DNA of 64,000 nt from Thermodesulfobacteriota bacterium (GTDB lineage Bacteria > Desulfobacterota > Desulfarculia > JACQYL01): contig CAXXLZ010000002.1 of the NCBI GenBank assembly GCA_963675595.2, forward strand, positions 1,632,001-1,696,000. Reading direction: 5' to 3'. Below are positions 57,263 through 64,000 of this stretch, piece by piece (the stretch's first letter is position 1; each line of letters starts with the position of its first letter). The notes beneath the pieces are model-generated. The model was not told the origin of the DNA. It did no database searches and worked only from the letters and a program-made list of their open reading frames with translations. The translations under genes and the position numbers were made by a program.

Positions 57263-60200
57263 GCTCTTGCCCCTCCCATACCAACAATCTCCATCAGCTT
57301 CCCGTAGCTGGTCACCACGTCATACTTTACGTGTTCGGGATCAAGCTTGCGATTTAGTTCTTCGAAGAACTTGCGGGCGCATTCGATTTTGGTTTGCTCG
57401 ATTGCCCGCAACTCCATGCTGGACATGGAGCCTTTGGTCTCGGCGACGAAATAGATGTACTTGACCGTGCCTTCCTTGAAGGAAATGGCCCAGTCCGGGT
57501 TGTAGTCGCCGACGGGGGTCGGAATCAGGAATCCTCGGGGGAGCTTCGCATAAACGACCACCTCGGTGCTGGTATCCAGTTCCTTCACAAAATCCCGTTC
57601 AACTTTGGAGTCGGTGATCGCGTAGTCGTAGATATGGTTCTTCAGCTTCTCGCTGGCCTTGGTGAAGTCCTGCTTGCTCTGGCCTGCGGTGAAAATGTCG
57701 ATATCATGGTGCTCTGCAATCCCGTCATAGCTCAGGCGCTCGATGATGATCGTTGCCTTTTGCTCGTTGATCAGACGTGTCGCCTCAGCCAAAAAATGTT
57801 CCGGGTTCTGTTTGAACTGTTTGAATACGCCCGGCTGAATGCCGCCCAGCATTTCGGCGATGGTCTTTCGGGTCAGCTGTGTGTTCTCTGCCAGCTTGCC
57901 CAATAAGTCATACCTGACCATCGAGTGAATCGAGGCGTTATACTCCTCCGTAGCGGTTTCCCGGACTTCAAATCCCCGGCCGGCTTTTAATTGATCATAC
58001 GTTGCCTGATCGACCTGCTGGCCCCCCTGGATGGTGTATTGCAAAGGAGTCACCCTTAGCTCTTTGTCGATTGCGCGGATGCTGTTTCGAATGAGTTCAC
58101 TGGAATCGAATTCAACACGGTAGACCGCCCTCTGATTGATCCGGTTCCAGAGCGCCTTGAACTCTTTTTTCTCGAAGTTGGCATTCAGCGGGTTGGTCTT
58201 CGGCTTGCGGTCATCACCCACGTCGGGCAGCTGGGACTCGCTGAACACGCTGTCGATCAGGCTGAAAATGTGTTCCGCGTGAGGGGCGAGCTCGGGCGGA
58301 AGCGCAGCCAACGTTCCGCCGGCTTTTGCCTCGTGGTAGGCTTCGGCAACCTGATCCGCGTCATCGGTATAGTCGTTCTTGAGAAGGTATTTGTATATCT
58401 GCTTGGCCATGACCGGGGTAATTTCCACTGTCCCAGCTTCGGTGGTGATGACCTTCCCGGTGAAGTAAGCCTCGTCCGCCTTGCGGGGGCGAGCCGAGAG
58501 GGAGTCGCTGATCTCACGCTGAAGATTTCCGACAAAGTCCCTGTAGCTCTCGCTCGCGACAACGGTCAGGATGTTCACGTCGTGGACCGTTGCCGGGTTG
58601 TCCATGCGATCCCCGAGCTGGTTGACACTAATCCGCAATCCCCGGCCGACCTCCTGGCGGCGAGAGATGGTGTTGTCGCTGTGCTTGAGCATACACATGA
58701 CGAAGACATTGGGATTGTCCCAGCCTTCCCGCAGGGCGGAGTGGGAGAAAATGAACCGGACCGGTTCAGCAAAAGAGAGCAGCCTCTCTTTATCCTTCAG
58801 GATCAGATCATAGGCATCCACGTCATCGGAAAGCCCGGCGTCTTCTCCACGCGTCTTGAAGCTCGGATCGGTGAGCCTCTTGGTCTTCTTGTCGATGGAG
58901 AAGTAACCGTTGTGGGTACGGCCGACGGGAATTCCTTTCAGATACTCCTGAAACGCGCCTCCATCCAAAGGTAGCAGGCTCGAATATTCGTCTTTGAGCT
59001 GTTCGTACTCCTCTTCGAAGATTCGGGCATATTCGCCCTGCTCATCGGCCTGCCCGTAGTCACGGTATTTGGCGACTTCATCAATAAAGAACAGGGACAG
59101 CACCTTGATGCCCTGGGCAAAGAGAACCTGCTCCTTCTCAAGGTGAGCCCTGATCGCCTCCCGGATCTGAATCCGCCGGATAGCCATTTCAGTGATGTCG
59201 CCGGTTGCATCACCCGCACTCAGAACATGGCCATTGGTGAACTCCACCGTGTCATTGTTCGCGTCAATCTGGGCGAGGACAAAGCCGCGATATTGGTCCA
59301 GCTCGTTTGATTCAACGAAAATATCTCTGCCGCGTTCCAGGCGTTTGACGATCCGCTTGATCCCGCCGCCCTGGCGCACTTCCATTTCGATTCGGGCAAC
59401 CGGCGCCTTCTTGGAAACTTCGATGGATTCCAGGTAGAGATAGGCGTTGGTGCCTGCCAGGCCCTTGACGGCGATGCCGCGCACCGCGATTTTTTTCACC
59501 AACTTCTGGTTGTAGGCGTCCAGGGCGTCGAGGCGGTGGATCTTGTTGTGCGTGGTCCGGTGGGTGGCCGAGTAGCGCAGGATCATCAGCGGCTTGAACT
59601 TGGATAACGCATCCAGCGTCTTTTTGCCCTCCATCTTCTGAGGTTCATCCAGAATCAGGATGGGGCGGTTGCTGCTGATCACATCGATAGGCTTGCGCGA
59701 TTGGAAGTCGTCCAACTCGTCATAGATGCGGCGGTTATCCTTCCCTGTTGCGTTGAACGCCTGGATATTGATGACCATGACGTTGACGCCCGCATCGGAG
59801 GAAAAGCTTTCTAGGTGGTGCAGCTGCTTGGAGTTGTAGGCAAAAAAGCGGGCCTTCTTCCCGTAGCTCTCGGTGAAGTGTTCGGCGGTAATCTCCAGTG
59901 ATTTGAGCACGCCCTCACGGATGGCAATGCTGGGCACCACCACGATGAACTTGGTCCAGCCGTAACGCTTGTTCATCTCGAAGATGCTCTTGATATAGCA
60001 GTAAGTCTTGCCGGTGCCGGTTTCCATCTCCACATCGAGGTTGATCTTGCACCCGGCGCTTGTCGCCAGTTTGTCGGACAACGGCAGGTTCTGGCGTCGC
60101 TGCACGGCATGGATGTTTCCAATCAACTGAGTATCGGTCAGTTGTACGTCGGCGTTCTTGAAACCCTCATATTCCAGAAAACTGGTTTGCTGTTGACCGG

Positions 60201-60330
60201 ATTCATTCTTTATCACGCCAGGGTCAATCCGATAGGCAATGCCGGAGGTACTGATCTGCCCCGCAAAGCAGTCCACAACGGTTTCCACCGCGCTGGTCTG
60301 GTAGGGCTGGACTTTAAACTTCAGTTTCAT
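57259..60330 (-). CDS. res: Type III restriction endonuclease Res subunit
   Basis: [54 protein letters not shown]. Confidence 0.95.
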   Translation of the reverse strand: MKLKFKVQPYQTSAVETVVDCFAGQISTSGIAYRIDPGVIKNESGQQQTSFLEYEGFKNADVQLTDTQLIGNIHAVQRRQNLPLSDKLATSAGCKINLDVEMETGTGKTYCYIKSIFEMNKRYGWTKFIVVVPSIAIREGVLKSLEITAEHFTESYGKKARFFAYNSKQLHHLESFSSDAGVNVMVINIQAFNATGKDNRRIYDELDDFQSRKPIDVISSNRPILILDEPQKMEGKKTLDALSKFKPLMILRYSATHRTTHNKIHRLDALDAYNQKLVKKIAVRGIAVKGLAGTNAYLYLESIEVSKKAPVARIEMEVRQGGGIKRIVKRLERGRDIFVESNELDQYRGFVLAQIDANNDTVEFTNGHVLSAGDATGDITEMAIRRIQIREAIRAHLEKEQVLFAQGIKVLSLFFIDEVAKYRDYGQADEQGEYARIFEEEYEQLKDEYSSLLPLDGGAFQEYLKGIPVGRTHNGYFSIDKKTKRLTDPSFKTRGEDAGLSDDVDAYDLILKDKERLLSFAEPVRFIFSHSALREGWDNPNVFVMCMLKHSDNTISRRQEVGRGLRISVNQLGDRMDNPATVHDVNILTVVASESYRDFVGNLQREISDSLSARPRKADEAYFTGKVITTEAGTVEITPVMAKQIYKYLLKNDYTDDADQVAEAYHEAKAGGTLAALPPELAPHAEHIFSLIDSVFSESQLPDVGDDRKPKTNPLNANFEKKEFKALWNRINQRAVYRVEFDSSELIRNSIRAIDKELRVTPLQYTIQGGQQVDQATYDQLKAGRGFEVRETATEEYNASIHSMVRYDLLGKLAENTQLTRKTIAEMLGGIQPGVFKQFKQNPEHFLAEATRLINEQKATIIIERLSYDGIAEHHDIDIFTAGQSKQDFTKASEKLKNHIYDYAITDSKVERDFVKELDTSTEVVVYAKLPRGFLIPTPVGDYNPDWAISFKEGTVKYIYFVAETKGSMSSMELRAIEQTKIECARKFFEELNRKLDPEHVKYDVVTSYGKLMEIVGMGGARA

Positions 60331-60342
60331 GCCAAGCCCTCC

Positions 60343-62232
60343 TTATATCGACTTCACTTCGGTGCCCGGAGACATCTGCTTGAAGATCTGCTCCACGTTG
60401 ATCTTGACGGCGTCTGAGATAAAGCCGGTGTCGCGGAACACAACCCGCAGCGGTTCAAACCGGGCCAGCTCCTTGACCAGGTCCTCATTCACGCCGGTGT
60501 CGAAGCAGGCGACAAGATCGTAGGGCGGCTCATTGACGAAAAAGACGGTCTTGCCCTGGATGTTCTCTTTTCGGATCGGCAGTGAAATATCCACGCCCCA
60601 GTCCAGCAATACCTGGAATAGCAGGTCTTCGGGCTTGCGGTCCGGCTTGATGTTGTCCGTGAAGATTTTGAGCTGGCCTTGCTCGATGGTGTCCGGCGTA
60701 TAGTAGACGTCGGCCATGTTGGATGTGTCGATTCGCAGCACACGAAAACCCAAATCCTCCTTGCTGTCACTGGACATATCCAGTCTGGAAAGGATCTCAT
60801 CGGCGTAGTTGCGAACGCGGGTCAGGCCCATTTCGAAGATTGAGCCGAGCTTGGGTTCCGGTTTGGGCAGAGCTTCCGATATCTGGATGCCGATGAAGCG
60901 GCGGTTACCTCCGTCCTCGTGGTTCTGTTTCAGCACCGCATGGGCGGTGACGGCACTGCCGCTGAAGAAGTCCAGCACGGTGGCATTTTCATCCGGCTCA
61001 CCAGCCAGTTGCAGGATGCGCTGAATCAGCTCCACCGGCTTTACCGAGTTGAGTACATTCTCCGTGTGCTGGAAGGAGACGTACTTGAGCAGGGTCTTCT
61101 TGGCGTCCTGGGTGTGGCCAACTTCCTTCCAAGACCAAAATGTCTGAGGTGTTCTGCCCTGTTTGACCTCCGACAGAAAACGCTTCAGTCGAGGCATGTT
61201 ATTCCCATCTTCGCCCCACCAAATGCGATTATCTTTATCAAGTTCCAGGAACCGTTCTTTACTGTTTCGCCAATAGGTTCCAGTAGGCGGGCCTTCAATG
61301 ACTCTGCCCGAGGGGCAAGTTATTGGGTACAGTCCCGCATCATAGCGATTCCTAGCCGCTAAGTCTGAAGACGTCCAAGGCCCTCGTGGATCGTTATCTG
61401 GATTCTTGTAGCGCGCAACCATCTCTTCAGTTTGGGGGAGCATTTTAGGCTGCCATGTGATCTTGTTCTTCGCGTAAACAAGGATGTAGTCATGATCCTC
61501 CGAAAACCATTTTGCGGTATTCTTGGGAGCAAAAACCTTCTGCCAAATCACAGCCGCAACGAAGTTGTCCTCGCCATATATCTCGTCGCAGACCTTGCGT
61601 AGGTTCTCTACCTCGTTGTCGTCGATAGAGATAAAGATCACCCCGTCGTCACGTAGCAGGTTGCGGGCGAGTCGCAACCGGGGATACATCATGGTCAACC
61701 AGTCGGAATGGAAACGGCCGTTGGCGTCGGTGTTGGCCACCAACCGGTTACCGGCCTCGTCTGCCTGATTGGAACGGGCGAAGTAGGACTCAATGTCGTC
61801 CTTGAAGTCGTCGTCGTAGATGAACTCGCGACCGGTGTTATACGGCGGGTCAATGTAGATCATCTTGACCTTGCCGAGGTAGGTCTCCTGGAGCAGCTTC
61901 AGCGCTTCCAGATTGTCGCCCTCGATGAACAGATTTTTCGTGGTGTCGAAATCCACACTCTCTTCCCAGCAGGGACGCAGGGTCCTGGCAATAGGCGCGT
62001 TGGCGGTGAGCAGGGCTTCCCGCTTGCCTGGCCAGTTGAGGTGGTAGCGCTCCTGCGGACCTTCCACGATGGACTCGGATAACTCCTGCCTCAGCTGGTC
62101 GAAATCCACCGCAAGCCTCAGCTTACCGTCTTCGCCCTGGGCCTCGGTCACGCAGCCGGGAAACAGCTCGCGGATACGGGCGATGTTTTGCCGGGTAAGG
62201 TTCGGGGAATGCATTTTCATCTTTTCCATCAT
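60343..62232 (-). CDS. mod: Type III R-M adenine methyltransferase Mod subunit
   Basis: IEGDNLEALKLL, IYIDPPYNTG, HSDWLTMMYPRL, VLDFFSGS. Confidence 0.95.
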   Translation of the reverse strand: MMEKMKMHSPNLTRQNIARIRELFPGCVTEAQGEDGKLRLAVDFDQLRQELSESIVEGPQERYHLNWPGKREALLTANAPIARTLRPCWEESVDFDTTKNLFIEGDNLEALKLLQETYLGKVKMIYIDPPYNTGREFIYDDDFKDDIESYFARSNQADEAGNRLVANTDANGRFHSDWLTMMYPRLRLARNLLRDDGVIFISIDDNEVENLRKVCDEIYGEDNFVAAVIWQKVFAPKNTAKWFSEDHDYILVYAKNKITWQPKMLPQTEEMVARYKNPDNDPRGPWTSSDLAARNRYDAGLYPITCPSGRVIEGPPTGTYWRNSKERFLELDKDNRIWWGEDGNNMPRLKRFLSEVKQGRTPQTFWSWKEVGHTQDAKKTLLKYVSFQHTENVLNSVKPVELIQRILQLAGEPDENATVLDFFSGSAVTAHAVLKQNHEDGGNRRFIGIQISEALPKPEPKLGSIFEMGLTRVRNYADEILSRLDMSSDSKEDLGFRVLRIDTSNMADVYYTPDTIEQGQLKIFTDNIKPDRKPEDLLFQVLLDWGVDISLPIRKENIQGKTVFFVNEPPYDLVACFDTGVNEDLVKELARFEPLRVVFRDTGFISDAVKINVEQIFKQMSPGTEVKSI

Positions 62233-62939
62233 GTCTGTCCTTTAGGGTGTGACTGCCGCCCGCTGGCAGACAGCGGACGGGTCAGATTCTCAAGTTCTTG
62301 TTTCAGGTCACGCACCTCAGCGTTGATTGCGACCTTGAGGTTGAATTGTTTCTCTTTCCGGAGCCGAGCCTCACAGCGCTCCAGCTCCCGTTGCTTGAGG
62401 CTAATGAGCTCCATCCGTTCCACCCACGCCTGCAATTCTTCAGCCGGTCGTGCCGGGTACGGCATCAGGGGCATCAGCAAATGGCCATAGAGCGTCTCGA
62501 GGTCGAAAACCATCGGCAGAGGCTTGCGTGGCGTATCGCCGGGAGCCCAGTCGCCATCGAAATATTCACTGATGATCCACTTGCCGGCATCCGCTTCACT
62601 CGGCCGTTTATAGGCGGCGACGGGTTTTACTTTGCCGTCATACCTGAGCTCAAAGAGGATCGGAAAGGGAATGGCCTGGTCGATGCAGCGCAGCACCTCC
62701 GTCTTGAGTTCGCCATCCTTGAGAGAAATGCTGAAAACCTGAATTTCTGGAACAGACGGCGTGCCTTTGATATTGATGGTTTCCGGGGAGAGTTTGTACT
62801 GCCAGACGATCTGCTCCACCTGCCGAACGAAAAGCTCCTTGGTCGCCGTGCCGGGACTCCCGTGCTCATAAATTTTGCTTTTGGGCAGCACGCGGCCGAA
62901 GGCCGCATTCCCGGGATATTCAAAAAGCATTGTCGTCAT
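62229..62939 (-). CDS. DUF4391-like protein
   Basis: FGRVLPKSKIYEH, IVWQYKLSPETIN, IDQAIPFP, EKQFNLKVAIN; ATGA overlaps on both sides. Confidence 0.85.
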   Translation of the reverse strand: MTTMLFEYPGNAAFGRVLPKSKIYEHGSPGTATKELFVRQVEQIVWQYKLSPETINIKGTPSVPEIQVFSISLKDGELKTEVLRCIDQAIPFPILFELRYDGKVKPVAAYKRPSEADAGKWIISEYFDGDWAPGDTPRKPLPMVFDLETLYGHLLMPLMPYPARPAEELQAWVERMELISLKQRELERCEARLRKEKQFNLKVAINAEVRDLKQELENLTRPLSASGRQSHPKGQT

Positions 62940-64000
62940 CCTTCCTCCTGTACCACCAGGAAGGCGACGAGTTCGAAGTCGTCGAGGCCTGAAATCGTGT
63001 TGAGCAGCGCCGTCGTTTTGCCTCCGGTAAAGAGGCTGTCGAGGTCCTTTTCCTCTTTCACGTCGATCATGGAGCGGATGGCCGTGCCGAGCAGGTCGGA
63101 ATAGGCCTTCATGTTCCGGCCTTCGTCGGTCTGCTGATTGAACAGGCGGCAGACCGCCTGAATGGGCTCCGATTGCCCCTTGCAACTGGATCGTACCAGG
63201 TCGAGCAGTGTTTTGACCTCAGTGTGGTTGGCGATGACTTGGCCCTCGCCGGAGATATAGATCAGGTAATAAGGGTGCAGCCGGTTCTGCTGATTGATGT
63301 TGATCGCATGGTTGCGGTTGCGCAGTGCGAAGATGACACCGGGGTGCAATCCCATTGCGGGCCGGGCTGGGACAACCGCATGCATGCCATTGGGCGCGTT
63401 GGCAAGGTCGCCATTGGTTTTGACATAGTTCAGCAGATCCATGCGAAAGTCGTTCAGGCCGAGATCGGTGATAGACACGCCCGTTTTCACGTCTTCCAGT
63501 TCGATCACCTCTTCCTGCAGCCGACGAAGTTGCTCTTTCCGATACGAAATCTCGCTGCTTTTTGCCGTGAGGACGTTATCGTCGCCGGTGGCCGTCACGT
63601 CGGCAATAATCATCCGGTTTTCGACCCGTTCCTTGAGATTGATGTATTCATCCAAAGAAATATCGGGCCAGTAGTTCACCAGCTGGATGGTCTTGTTGAT
63701 GGAGCCGATGCGGTCGATCCGGCCGAATCGCTGAATGATGCGGACCGGGTTCCAGTGGATGTCATAGTTGACCAGGTAATCGCAGTCCTGAAGGTTCTGT
63801 CCTTCGGAGAGACAGTCGGTGCCAATCAGCACGTCCAATTCAGCCGGTTCATTTGGAAGCACCTGAGCCTTCTCTTTGGCGCGAGGAGAAAAAAGCGTCA
63901 ACAGCGAGTGGAAATCATAATTCTTTTTGAGGGTTGATTTCGGTGTATCCTTGCCGGTTACTCTTCCGGTGTGCAGTCCCTCTCTTGCCAGTATGGTATC
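62936..64000 (-). CDS. SNF2-like helicase C-terminal part (partial, starts beyond the window)
   Basis: TDCLSEGQNLQDC, NYDIHWNPVRIIQRFGRIDRIGS. Confidence 0.9.
   Translation of the reverse strand, partial: DTILAREGLHTGRVTGKDTPKSTLKKNYDFHSLLTLFSPRAKEKAQVLPNEPAELDVLIGTDCLSEGQNLQDCDYLVNYDIHWNPVRIIQRFGRIDRIGSINKTIQLVNYWPDISLDEYINLKERVENRMIIADVTATGDDNVLTAKSSEISYRKEQLRRLQEEVIELEDVKTGVSITDLGLNDFRMDLLNYVKTNGDLANAPNGMHAVVPARPAMGLHPGVIFALRNRNHAININQQNRLHPYYLIYISGEGQVIANHTEVKTLLDLVRSSCKGQSEPIQAVCRLFNQQTDEGRNMKAYSDLLGTAIRSMIDVKEEKDLDSLFTGGKTTALLNTISGLDDFELVAFLVVQEEG

Noticed and set aside
60343-62232. Phase-variable mod gene
   Set aside because: No simple-sequence repeat tract is seen in or upstream of the ORF
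62940-63185. N-terminal extension of the DUF4391 ORF in the ORF track
   Set aside because: It overlaps the helicase 3' end; the real start is ATG 62939, with an SD and an ATGA overlap

Overview
The window is part of a large, roughly 55% GC accessory island (ICE/genomic-island-like). No rRNA, tRNA, CRISPR array or integrase is visible. Left part (1-16.5 kb): a VWA membrane protein, a PD-(D/E)XK nuclease + HerA/DUF87-like ATPase operon, and 'leading-region' small genes (PC4-like SSB with a DIPF tail, RadC, Zn-ribbons, DUF2958). It also holds a Ycf46-like AAA ATPase-DUF1257-DUF2997-DUF3150 module whose ATPase is split by a complete group II intron. Centre (20.5-26 kb), the most unusual part: an archaeal-type Orc1/Cdc6 initiator preceded by an AT-rich tract and ORB-like boxes, with an IS inserted between them, followed by Zn-finger/ScpA-like and wHTH genes. 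Several element genes are preceded by archaeal-like BRE-TATA motifs; in three cases the first T of the TATA lies exactly 30 nt upstream of an SD-less ATG. Most of the remaining cargo looks bacterial. Together this suggests an inter-domain or archaea-derived replicon (inference). Right part (26-64 kb): a defence/stress island with an AddAB-like pair, a UDG-like gene, two WYL regulators with a repeated palindromic operator, ARPP-1, GGCT, a double-AAA ATPase, an Azaca-like trio, an RloC-like ATPase and a type III R-M locus. Four IS copies (one IS1634, one IS701/IS4-like, two IS3) have resolvable ends and target duplications, and several defence genes are disrupted. All family assignments come from motif recognition by eye, not from database searches.
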